Numbered from the stretch's first letter, positions 28,504-37,133 are shown. The stretch is 48,307 bases of DNA from Phycisphaeraceae bacterium (GCA_029260675.1 JAJDCV010000282.1:1-48307), one strand, 5' to 3'. Notes: generated by a model not told the origin, from the sequence alone. Numbers and translations are program-made.

Positions 28504-28947
28504 TTACACAGAGATAATGATCTTGCCGTCTTTGACCTCGAAGGGGATGGGCTTGAGCGGCTCGTTCACGGGCCCGCTGACCACGCCCCCGTCCGAGCCG
28601 AACACCGCGCCATGACAGGGGCAGTGGAACTGGGCATCGCTGCTGACCCAGTTCACGGCACAACCCAGGTGCGGGCAAGAAGCGCTAAAAACGTGGGGCC
28701 CATCCGCGGTCGCCAGGATGATGACCTGCAGGCCGCGGTAAGCCTCGTACCTCGCCTGACCCTGCACGAGCTGATCCAGCGGGATCTCCAGCGGCTTGCC
28801 TTCACCGATGCGCGAGGGTTGGCTGGTCACGAACGATGCCACCGGATACGCGACCATCGCCGCGGACGCAGCGGTCATCGCACCGATGCACGCCCGGCAG
28901 AACGTCCGTCGGCCGTTGTGTTGTTCACATGTCTTGTCACAGCTCAT
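28504..28947 (-). CDS. petC: Rieske [2Fe-2S] protein
   Basis: Tat signal GRRTF; CPHLGC and CPCHG motifs. Confidence 0.93.
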   Translation of the reverse strand: MSCDKTCEQHNGRRTFCRACIGAMTAASAAMVAYPVASFVTSQPSRIGEGKPLEIPLDQLVQGQARYEAYRGLQVIILATADGPHVFSASCPHLGCAVNWVSSDAQFHCPCHGAVFGSDGGVVSGPVNEPLKPIPFEVKDGKIIISV

Positions 28948-30008
28948 GGTGTCGGCTCCAACTCGTAGTAGTCCAAAAGGAGTTCGGCGGCCCGCTTGAA
29001 GCTGGCGGCGGCCGCCTCGCTGTCCCCGGCCTGTTCCTGGATCAGGCCCAGCAGGTAATGCGCCCGCGGTTCGGAGGGGTTCTCCGTGAGCACCTTCCGC
29101 GTCAGCTTCTCCGCCTCAGGCAGTTCGTCACCGCCGCGGCGGGTCATCACAAACGCCAAGCCCAGCGCCGCGTCTGACGCCTTGGGATCCTGTTCCAAGG
29201 CCCGGTTGAAATGCTGCTCGGCCTCGGAGAGCCTGCCTCGCCGCAGCTTGAGTGTTCCCATCCCCACCCACGCGGCCGTCTGCTTCGGATCCAATTCAAG
29301 CGACTCGGCGTACTTCTGCTCCGCTAACGCCACCAACCCCCGGGCGGAGAGCTGGCCGGCCAGCATCGTCAGCCGGCGGGCCCGGGCCTGGTCTTCGGTC
29401 AACCCGGAATCGGCCTGCGGGTGACGCCTAGCCTCGAACTGCTCGGCCGACAGCTTCCCCGCCGCCATCAGCAGCGCGTCAGCCATTCGGTCCGAAAAAT
29501 CATTTGTCAGCGCGGCGACGGCGTGAACGATTCGACCCTCGGCATCAATCACCGCCACGCTCGGCAGCACCGCCACACGGTAGGCATCAAACGCATCTCG
29601 TTTGGCGTCGTGCAGGACGGCGATCGGGGACACGTCGGCCCCCCCGCCTTCCGTCCCCTCGGCTTGCTCTAAACGGGTGACAATCAACATCGCATCGATC
29701 GGCTCACCGCGGAACCGTTCATCGGCCAGAACCTCTTTCAACTGGGCGCAGGCACGCAAGGTTCCGCTGTGGTACAGCTCCCCGAATACCAGAACCACCA
29801 TCCGGCCGCGCAGCGAATCGGTGCTGATGACTTCCCCCGCCTCTTCTGTGAACTGGATTTTCGGGGCATCGTCGCCCTGCCGCAGGTGGGTCACCGCCAA
29901 AGCGGGATCGACCCAGGCCGTTAAAGCCAGCAGGGCCAGCCCGACAACGGCCCAGGCAGGGACCAAGCCGGCTCGGATATCAGGCGCATAGCGCTTGGCA
30001 AAGATCAC
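28944..30008 (-). CDS. exported redoxin-fold + TPR protein (no CxxC)
   Basis: 'GDDAPKI...LRGRMVVLVF...YRVAVLPSVAVIDAEGRI' plus TPRs; paralog of 18067-19134. Confidence 0.8.
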   Translation of the reverse strand: MIFAKRYAPDIRAGLVPAWAVVGLALLALTAWVDPALAVTHLRQGDDAPKIQFTEEAGEVISTDSLRGRMVVLVFGELYHSGTLRACAQLKEVLADERFRGEPIDAMLIVTRLEQAEGTEGGGADVSPIAVLHDAKRDAFDAYRVAVLPSVAVIDAEGRIVHAVAALTNDFSDRMADALLMAAGKLSAEQFEARRHPQADSGLTEDQARARRLTMLAGQLSARGLVALAEQKYAESLELDPKQTAAWVGMGTLKLRRGRLSEAEQHFNRALEQDPKASDAALGLAFVMTRRGGDELPEAEKLTRKVLTENPSEPRAHYLLGLIQEQAGDSEAAAASFKRAAELLLDYYELEPTP

Positions 30009-31447
30009 TGCGAACCTCCTGTGTTGTAAGCCGTCTCGCCCGCCGGCTTATCAGTCGCACCGCCGGCTTGTACCGCCTCGCGGGTGTAGGACCGGGTGTC
30101 GTGGCAGCCCGGCGAGCAGCTCCCGCCGGTCGGCGTCGTCTGGAACTTGATCTCGAGCAGCCAATCGCTGTCGCCGAACGGGACCGAATCGCGGATGTGG
30201 AACGGGTTGCGGGATGCGTGGACCTCGTGGCAGGCCCGGCAGGTCCGACCCTTCTTCTGATTGACGTGGACCCAGTGCAGGTTCAGCTCGCCTTCTCGGA
30301 ACCGCGTGAGCCCCTTGCCGTGACGGTCCTCAACCAGATCGGGCTGGTGGCAGGTGAAGCATAACCCGTAACGCTCAATGGTAAACGGGGCATAAAACTG
30401 GGGGGGGTAATCCTTGACAAGCATGTTGGCCCGGTCGCCTGTGTGAGGCTGGTGGCAGACGGTGCAGCTATCCTCTCGGATCGGGCCGTGGTGATCCGGG
30501 TTGTCCGCGAGCAGTTCCGCCATGTCGGTCAGCGTCCGGCCATCTTCTGTCTGGATCGGTTTGTCGTGACAGCTCAGGCACATCTGGGTCTGATCCGCCC
30601 GTTGCAGCTTGGGTAGCGGCGAGTTGTGCGGCGCGTGGCAGCCCAGGCACCCGCCGGATTCGGTCATGGCCCCGTGGACCACCGGGGCGCCCGCCAGCTG
30701 CTCCTGTATCTGTGTATGACAGCTGAAGCACAGGCCCGGGGCCTCCTGATTCAGTTGGTACTGGAAGTCGGAGGCATGGGCGTCGTGGCAGTCGGTGCAG
30801 CCGTCCTTGACCGGCGCATGGGTGTGCCGCTGCTGTCCAGGATCACCCTTGAGGTCCTGGCCGTGGCAGGTCAGACACAGGGCCTGCGGTTTATCGACCA
30901 GCAGGCTGGGCTCCCACGAGGAATGCGGCTCGTGGCAGAGGATGCAGGCCCCGGACGCAACAGGGCCGTGCTTGAACTTCTTCTGGGAAAAACCGTCTTG
31001 TTTGTGGCAACTCACACACAGACCACGCGTCGGGTCGTCGACCAGCATCATCTGGTAGTCCGACCCGTGCGGGTCGTGGCACTGGGTGCATCGGCCCTGT
31101 TCAACCGGGGCATGGATCACGTCACGATGCTCCAGCGTGTGGCAGGTCTGACACAATTGATCGCCTGGCAAAGTGAGCTTGAACGTGTGCTGGGATTCCG
31201 AGAGGTATTCGTGACAGGCCTCGCACTTACCCTGAGCGACCGGGCCGTGCGTGACCTTGGATGTGCCGACCCCCGCGTGGCAGTTGACGCTCTGACAGGT
31301 ATCGGTCTTGGTGGTGGGTCTGGGCTCCGGGGTCTCGCCCCGAAGCTGACCGAACCCGCCGGCAACCAGAACGATCCACAAGCAAGCCACGCCGCAGCGA
31401 CGCATGGTAGCGCGCCGTCGTATCGAGTCGATCAGTTTATCCGCCAT
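30005..31447 (-). CDS. periplasmic 13(+2)-heme cytochrome c
   Basis: 13 CxxCH plus CQSVNCH and CSPGCH; paralog of 19131-20549 and 20546-22174. Confidence 0.93.
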   Translation of the reverse strand: MADKLIDSIRRRATMRRCGVACLWIVLVAGGFGQLRGETPEPRPTTKTDTCQSVNCHAGVGTSKVTHGPVAQGKCEACHEYLSESQHTFKLTLPGDQLCQTCHTLEHRDVIHAPVEQGRCTQCHDPHGSDYQMMLVDDPTRGLCVSCHKQDGFSQKKFKHGPVASGACILCHEPHSSWEPSLLVDKPQALCLTCHGQDLKGDPGQQRHTHAPVKDGCTDCHDAHASDFQYQLNQEAPGLCFSCHTQIQEQLAGAPVVHGAMTESGGCLGCHAPHNSPLPKLQRADQTQMCLSCHDKPIQTEDGRTLTDMAELLADNPDHHGPIREDSCTVCHQPHTGDRANMLVKDYPPQFYAPFTIERYGLCFTCHQPDLVEDRHGKGLTRFREGELNLHWVHVNQKKGRTCRACHEVHASRNPFHIRDSVPFGDSDWLLEIKFQTTPTGGSCSPGCHDTRSYTREAVQAGGATDKPAGETAYNTGGSQ

Positions 31448-31597
31448 ATGGGTCCGCCTCTGGATCAGGTGAGCGTCGGATAACTACATGGACTGGGTTC
31501 CGGCCTCATTCAAAACATCAAAGGTAGGCGCCAGCTATGACATGAGACTCGCCGCGCCTACCCTTACCACACCGGGCGAACCCGCCGAACAGGTCAT

Positions 31598-31614
31598 CGC
31601 ACATCGTGTGCCAG
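31598..31614 (-). promoter_or_regulatory. sigma54 promoter for the 15-heme/Rieske operon
   Basis: CTGGCACACGATGTGCG = TGGCAC with GG-N10-GC. Confidence 0.75.
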
Positions 31615-31664
31615 AGATAAATCGTTGACTGAAACCGTGTACAGGGCTCAGATTAGCGGGGGGA

Positions 31665-31680
31665 TTCCTAATCTTGGGAA
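31665..31680. promoter_or_regulatory. candidate activator site TTCCTA-ATCT-TGGGAA
   Basis: Variant of the TTCTCA-N4-TGAGAA palindrome, about 50 bp upstream of the -24 element. Confidence 0.5.
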
Positions 31681-31789
31681 CTTCCTGGGAGGAGTTTGTC
31701 TTGTGATTAGGACAAACCCGGCGGGGCAGGAAGGACCTGTCCCGCTCGGCTGTGGATGAAACAAAGGGCTTCCCCCGGGGCGCTGGGTG

Positions 31790-33124
31790 TCAATCTCGTC
31801 TGATATCCGGCTTCATCACCAACCCTTGCCTGATAGGCAGGCGGATCGTCGCGGTGACGCCTTGGCCGGGTCGGTTGGTGAATTCAATGTGTCCGCCCTG
31901 ATTACGGATGAGGTTGTAGCTGATCGCCAGGCCCAGCCCGGTCCCCTTGCCCACGGGCTTGGTGGTGAAGAAAGGTTCGAAGACCCGGGCCAGGTGCTTG
32001 GGGTCGATCCCCGGGCCGTTGTCACTGATCCAGACCCTGCACGCCTGCCCGTCGTAGGCCGTGCCGATGGTCAGCCTTGGGGCGGTCACATCGTCCAGCG
32101 CATCGAGCGCGTTGAACAGCAGGTTGGTCAGCACCTGCTGCAGCGCGTGGGACTGGACCTCGATGCCCGGATCGTCGTCGGCGAATTGCTTCTGGATCGT
32201 GACGGCGCGCTGGCGGTGGTCGAAGCGGACCATCTGAAGCGCCGACTCCACCACGCTGTTGATCGGGACGTGCTCCCACTGGTAGTCCGTCGGGTGGGCA
32301 AAATCGGTGAGTTGCTGGACGATCTGCTTGATCCGCTGGACCTGCTGCCGCAGGGCGTCGATGTTCTCGGGCTTGATGTGGCGCTCGTTGCGTTGCATCA
32401 GTTGCAGCACGCCGTCCATGCTGGCAAGCGGGTTGGAGACCTCGTGCGCGACGCCGGCCGCCATCTGCCCCAGCCCGACCATCTTCTCCTGCTGGATCAT
32501 CGCCTGCTGTTGCCGGCGCAGGGTCTTGACCAGGATGCGGTTTCGGCGGTTTTGTGCGATCAGCCTGCCGCGGTGCCGGCGTAGCGTTGAGGTGATGTGG
32601 TTGCTCAGGTAAACGGTCACGGTCAAGGTGACGATCCAGCCGATCAGGACCAGGCGGTGCTCCAGCGTCAGTGGCCAGCTGCCGGTCAACTCCAGGCTTA
32701 ACGCCAGCAGCAGCACCGCCGCCGCCATGCCGCCGTAGGCCTGCCTCGGGGCCAGCAACATGCTGGTGAAGACCATATGGAAGACGAAGAAACCCAGCAG
32801 CGGGCTATGCGCGCCGCCGGTCCAGGCACAAAGCAACGCGAGGCACGCCAGATCGGGCAGGATGTGCAGCCACACAAACATACCGCCGGGTTCGGGGTGT
32901 GAACGCAAGGAGTGACTGACACTCAGCCAAAGCACGTTGTTGTAGGCGAGGATCGCCAAGCCCACCCACGTGATCGAGTAGGCCTTGTCGTGCCACTGCA
33001 ACCAGACGGCGTCCAGCAGCGACCCCAGGACTACCGCCGCGCCGGCGACCCAGCGCAGACCAACCAGCCACCTGAGCTGGTTGGTCATGAGCCTGCTGGG
33101 CTGTATCGGTTTCGCTTCCGCCAT
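31790..33124 (-). CDS. membrane sensor histidine kinase (RegB/PrrB-like input domain, NtrB-like core)
   Basis: About 6 TMs starting LRWLVGLRW, with TGGAHSPL; H-box [14 protein letters not shown]1 and G2 boxes (DNGPG, FFTTK, GTGLGL). Confidence 0.9.
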   Translation of the reverse strand: MAEAKPIQPSRLMTNQLRWLVGLRWVAGAAVVLGSLLDAVWLQWHDKAYSITWVGLAILAYNNVLWLSVSHSLRSHPEPGGMFVWLHILPDLACLALLCAWTGGAHSPLLGFFVFHMVFTSMLLAPRQAYGGMAAAVLLLALSLELTGSWPLTLEHRLVLIGWIVTLTVTVYLSNHITSTLRRHRGRLIAQNRRNRILVKTLRRQQQAMIQQEKMVGLGQMAAGVAHEVSNPLASMDGVLQLMQRNERHIKPENIDALRQQVQRIKQIVQQLTDFAHPTDYQWEHVPINSVVESALQMVRFDHRQRAVTIQKQFADDDPGIEVQSHALQQVLTNLLFNALDALDDVTAPRLTIGTAYDGQACRVWISDNGPGIDPKHLARVFEPFFTTKPVGKGTGLGLAISYNLIRNQGGHIEFTNRPGQGVTATIRLPIRQGLVMKPDIRRD

Positions 33125-33144
33125 ATGCTTTACCTGCCCGGGGT

Positions 33145-34197
33145 TTAAGACCCCGCAGCGGCGGCCGGTCCGTCCTCCCGGATCGACTCCCGCAGGTCCA
33201 GCATCTTAACCCCGTCCGTGTAATCAGTCAGCACGACACGCCGGAGTTGCTTCAGCGAGCGGATGACCTGGGCCATCCGCTGAAGGTTGTCGTGGATCTG
33301 CCCCAGGTTCTTCTCCAGAGCCACATCCGATCCAGACCGCCGGCGGAGCAGTGTCAGTTGCAGCTCGATCGTGGCGATCGCGTTGTTCAGTTCGTGGTTA
33401 AGGGTCAGCGCCATCTGCTGGAGCGCCTGGACCCTGCGGAGCTCGTTTTCCTGGAGCTTCTCGGCGAGGTTGTTATACGCACGGGCCAGCTCATCAAATT
33501 CGTCTTGCTGGCCGACCGTGACCCGGTGCGCGAAGTTTTCCTGGGCGAGTTCCCGGCTGGCGTGGACCAGCCGGGCGACCGGTCGCAGGACCATGCCCGC
33601 GGCCCGCAACATCAGCAGGATCGAGCCATTGATCACGAGCAGGAAACCGATCGCGATGGACACGACCAGCCAGCGGAACCGCCCGGTCAGTTTCGATTGC
33701 TCGGCCTGGGCATGCCCCTGGACGTGCCGGGCGATGCGTAGCAGGCTCTTTCGCATCTGGGACGCGGCGTCCAGCGCCGCGAGGTTGTGGTGCCGGGCCA
33801 GCTCTCGGTCCTGTGAAGTCGCCAGGATGCCTACCCGGGACTCGAAGCCATCGATCCGGCTGACCAGGTCTTCGTAGTCTCGACGGATCTCCATCTCGTC
33901 GAGTACGTAGTGCGAGCCGATCAAATCGGAGAGCCGACGCATCGACTCCACCGCGTCGATCAGCCCGTCGAGGTGGTGCTGCCGGCCCGTCTGCAAGGCG
34001 TAAAGCTCGACCTCTATCCCCGAGAGCGTGGTGCTTAATTCGTTGACCTGGTTGACCGCGACCGAGGCCCGGTTGTGCAGGTGGTCCAGGTCCACGAAGA
34101 CGCGCTGAAGTGACCACAACGCCGCGACAGCCAACACCATCAGCAGCGCGGTCAGCGAAAAGAGGATGAGTAGAAGTTTGTGGCGAAGCATGGTCAC
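33145..34197 (-). CDS. 2-TM sensor with HAMP and HisKA but no HATPase domain
   Basis: Periplasmic helical domain, HAMP (RPVARL...DEFDELARAYN), H-box TLNHELNNAI; the protein ends with no N/G boxes. Confidence 0.85.
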   Translation of the reverse strand: MTMLRHKLLLILFSLTALLMVLAVAALWSLQRVFVDLDHLHNRASVAVNQVNELSTTLSGIEVELYALQTGRQHHLDGLIDAVESMRRLSDLIGSHYVLDEMEIRRDYEDLVSRIDGFESRVGILATSQDRELARHHNLAALDAASQMRKSLLRIARHVQGHAQAEQSKLTGRFRWLVVSIAIGFLLVINGSILLMLRAAGMVLRPVARLVHASRELAQENFAHRVTVGQQDEFDELARAYNNLAEKLQENELRRVQALQQMALTLNHELNNAIATIELQLTLLRRRSGSDVALEKNLGQIHDNLQRMAQVIRSLKQLRRVVLTDYTDGVKMLDLRESIREDGPAAAAGS

Positions 34198-35252
34198 GGC
34201 CCCTCGGATGACTCAGTTGACGCCGGCGGCGATGGCTCGGGGTGTGCATCGACGGCCGCCTGGGTGTGCGTCGCGTCGCTGGGGACACGGGGGGGGGCAT
34301 CAGGGGAACCAAGTCTTCCCCACCCCTCGCCAAGCTGTCCGGACATGTCGTGCACGGCGTCGTATTCGTCGGTACCGCAAGGGACGAAACGTTCCGCCCC
34401 AAACATCGATAGGGCCTGCCGCCCCGCCTCTTCCTCGTGCATACGCAGAAGAGCACGCAACAACTGCTCCGTCTGGCTATCGTCCAGGTCACGGCGCACG
34501 ATCAAAGCGTTGTTGGGCACCGCTTCGCTGGACACCAGCCGGCGGAACCTGCTCCCCGTGTGCCTGGACTCGAAGGCATCGATCCGCAGGTCCTTGGCGG
34601 CACCGGCATCGACCCGACCGCTGAAGACCTCCTCGATCGCCTGATCGTGCGTCCCGACCCAGCGCATCACGACGGCATCATCCCCGGCAAGCATGCCGCC
34701 CCGTGCCAGGGCATAGATCGGGAACAAGTGCCCCGCCGTTGTCGTTCGAACCATCGCGATCGACCGGCCGGCCAGGTCGTCCAGGGTTTGGATCGGTGAG
34801 TCGTCACGGACAAATATCACGCCCCGGTAGGTCGTCACGCCGTCCGCCGTCTGCGGCTTAACCAGAACCCTGGCCTGCAGCTGATCCAGCGTCAGCGTCG
34901 CCACCATAGACCCCATGAACGCGCCGTCGATCCGGCCCCTGGCCATGTCGTTCAACGCCCCGTGGTAGGTATTGGAAGTCACCAGTTCGACTGGCCGATC
35001 CAGGGCGTCCGCGAGGTAGTCCGCCAAAGCCCGGTAGCGCTGACGCTGCGCGAAGATGTCGCGTTCGGGTATCAGTCCCAAGTAGAGCTCTGCCTGGTCG
35101 GCGGCTCCCGCCGAGCCTGCACCACCGCGGCGCTCCGAAGCGGACAACCCGGCGGGAGCTCGGCTGAGCCAAAACACCAGGGCTAACACCAACAACGCCA
35201 GCGTGATACTCAGGGCCGTGGTTGAAATACGCATGCGACCGATCGACATCAT
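34194..35252 (-). CDS. PhnD/SsuA-family periplasmic binding protein (sensor-associated)
   Basis: 'TYRGVIFVRDDSPIQTLDDLAGRSIA...TTAGHLFP...THDQAIEEVFSGRVDAGA'; no permease or ATPase nearby. Confidence 0.85.
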   Translation of the reverse strand: MMSIGRMRISTTALSITLALLVLALVFWLSRAPAGLSASERRGGAGSAGAADQAELYLGLIPERDIFAQRQRYRALADYLADALDRPVELVTSNTYHGALNDMARGRIDGAFMGSMVATLTLDQLQARVLVKPQTADGVTTYRGVIFVRDDSPIQTLDDLAGRSIAMVRTTTAGHLFPIYALARGGMLAGDDAVVMRWVGTHDQAIEEVFSGRVDAGAAKDLRIDAFESRHTGSRFRRLVSSEAVPNNALIVRRDLDDSQTEQLLRALLRMHEEEAGRQALSMFGAERFVPCGTDEYDAVHDMSGQLGEGWGRLGSPDAPPRVPSDATHTQAAVDAHPEPSPPASTESSEGP

Positions 35253-35330
35253 TCACATCCCGTTGCTATATATAGACGTGACATCGTTCTGAAGTACACC
35301 TACAAACACCGCGCCAGACGGGGGGGTCGC

Positions 35331-35347
35331 TTGGCATCGGGTTTGCA
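35331..35347 (+). promoter_or_regulatory. sigma54 promoter for ygbA-ahbD-ahbC-regulator
   Basis: TTGGCATCGGGTTTGCA is a near-perfect consensus match. Confidence 0.8.
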
Positions 35348-35407
35348 AAGTATTATTACGGTCCCGGGCGGGGCCATCGATCTGTAATCTCCAGCGAGGC
35401 GACCGTC

Positions 35408-35788
35408 ATGATCATCCAGTTCTGCCCAGAAAAAAACGACGACCCGAAGGTGATCGGCGACCTCAAAACCCTCGTCAAGTTCATCGAGGTCTACTGTGAC
35501 GGTCAACACGCGGATGATTCACGCGAAGCGGTCGAGTTGAAAACCCATGACCTAAAAGAACTTACGGGCAAACAACCCCGCTTGTGCCCCGACTGCCAGA
35601 AGCTGCTGGCACACGCCCTGGTCAAACGGACCGTCTGCCCGATGGACCCCAAGCCCCAGTGCAAGCACTGCCCCAAACACTGCTATCACCCGAACTACCG
35701 CCAAAAAATCAAGGAAGTCATGAAGTACTCCGGCAAAAAACTCTTGATGCGCGGGCGGGTGGATTATCTGCTGCACCTGTTTTTTTAA
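35408..35788 (+). CDS. ygbA: YgbA ('nitrous oxide-stimulated promoter') family protein
   Basis: IEVYC..H, LCPDC..LL.HA..KR..CP...KPQCKHCPKHCY...YR.KIKEVMKYSG. Confidence 0.85.
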   Translation: MIIQFCPEKNDDPKVIGDLKTLVKFIEVYCDGQHADDSREAVELKTHDLKELTGKQPRLCPDCQKLLAHALVKRTVCPMDPKPQCKHCPKHCYHPNYRQKIKEVMKYSGKKLLMRGRVDYLLHLFF

Positions 35789-35816
35789 CGTGACATGAGA
35801 CGACTTAGGCTGTAAA

Positions 35817-35832
35817 TTCTTAAAGTTGAGAA
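35817..35832. promoter_or_regulatory. candidate activator site TTCTTA-AAGT-TGAGAA
   Basis: One mismatch to the palindrome; lies in the ygbA-ahbD gap. Confidence 0.55.
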
Positions 35833-35867
35833 TAGCTCGCCCTGAATCAGACGATCGGAAGTAAAAC

Positions 35868-37133
35868 ATGACCCCTCCCAACACACCGGGCAACGGCTCC
35901 TCGACCATGACCCACCTGCGTGTCCTGGGCGATACCGACGGCCAACCCTCCCCCCCCGCGCCGCCGCTTCGCCTGGTCTTCTGGGAATCCACCGCCGGGT
36001 GTAACCTCGAGTGCGTCCACTGTCGGCGCCTGGAGGTCTCACGCGAGTTGAGTCGTAAGGACCTGGATCATCAGCAGGCCATGAAATTCATTGAGAGCTT
36101 GCCAGAGACCGGCAACCCGATCGTGGTGTTCTCAGGCGGTGAACCCCTGATGCGCCCGGATATCTTCGAACTGGCACAACGCGCCAAAGAGATCGGCCTG
36201 CCCACCGCCTTGGCGACCAACGGCACACCCGTCGATGACGCCGTCGCCAAGCGCATCGTCGATACCGGATTCCGACGGGTCTCCATCAGCTTCGACGGGC
36301 CCAGCCCCGACACACACGACAAGTTCCGCGGGATCGACGGCGCGTTCGAGGAATCGATCCGCGGGTTCAAGGCCCTGCGCAAGCTCGGGATGTCGATGCA
36401 GATCAACACCACCATCACCAAGCACAACTTCCACCTGCGCGACGAGATGTACCAGCTCGCGGTGGACCTGGGCGCCGATGCCCTGCACATCTTCATGCTG
36501 GTCCCCGTCGGCTGCGGGATGGAACTCAGCGAAGACGTCAAGCTGGACGACCAGGAGTACGAGGCGGCGCTGAACTGGATCTACGACAAGTCGCTGGAAG
36601 AACAGCTTCACTTAAAGGCAACCTGCGCCCCGCACTACTTCCGTGTGATGCGCCAGCGCGCCATGGCCGAGGGCCGACCGATGCCCCAGTCCGGCCACCC
36701 TCACAAGGGGATGGCGGACACCCGGCCGATGCCTTCGATGGGTTCCCCAACAGGTCACCCAGGCGGACACCCGGGGGGTCACCCCGGAAGTCATCCCGGG
36801 GGCGGTGACGACAACGCAAACATGAGCGCCATGACCAAGGGCTGCCTGGCCGGGCAGGCGGTGTGCTTCGTCTCGCACACCGGCGAGGTCTTCCCCTGCG
36901 GATACCTGCCGGTCAGCTCCGGCAACGTCAAGGACACCCCGTTCCCCGACATCTGGCGCGACAGCCAGATCTTCTCCGAACTACGCGACGACTCGAACAT
37001 CACCGGCAAGTGCGGATGCTGCGAATATAAAAAAGTCTGCATGGGCTGCCGTGCCCGAGCGTTTGCCGACACCGGCAGCTACCTGGCGACCGAACCGAAC
37101 TGCGGGCACACACCGGTGCGGCTGGGCGGCTGA
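35868..37133 (+). CDS. ahbD: radical SAM/SPASM heme b synthase AhbD
   Basis: LRLVFWE...CNLECVHC, HIFMLVPVGCG, KATCAPHYFR, GCLAG, SPASM GKCGCCEYKKVCMGCRARA. Confidence 0.9.
   Translation: MTPPNTPGNGSSTMTHLRVLGDTDGQPSPPAPPLRLVFWESTAGCNLECVHCRRLEVSRELSRKDLDHQQAMKFIESLPETGNPIVVFSGGEPLMRPDIFELAQRAKEIGLPTALATNGTPVDDAVAKRIVDTGFRRVSISFDGPSPDTHDKFRGIDGAFEESIRGFKALRKLGMSMQINTTITKHNFHLRDEMYQLAVDLGADALHIFMLVPVGCGMELSEDVKLDDQEYEAALNWIYDKSLEEQLHLKATCAPHYFRVMRQRAMAEGRPMPQSGHPHKGMADTRPMPSMGSPTGHPGGHPGGHPGSHPGGGDDNANMSAMTKGCLAGQAVCFVSHTGEVFPCGYLPVSSGNVKDTPFPDIWRDSQIFSELRDDSNITGKCGCCEYKKVCMGCRARAFADTGSYLATEPNCGHTPVRLGG
36753..36800 (+). repeat. 4 x 12-nt coding repeat (GHPG GHPG GHPG SHPG) in AhbD
   Basis: Seen directly in the translation. 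Confidence 0.8.

Noticed and set aside
27134..28947. Photosynthetic cytochrome b6f
   Set aside because: No cytochrome f or photosynthesis genes; split cytochrome b with heme ci is widespread in non-phototrophs.
34194..35252. Phosphonate ABC transporter
   Set aside because: No phnC/phnE; the gene is coupled to sensor genes.
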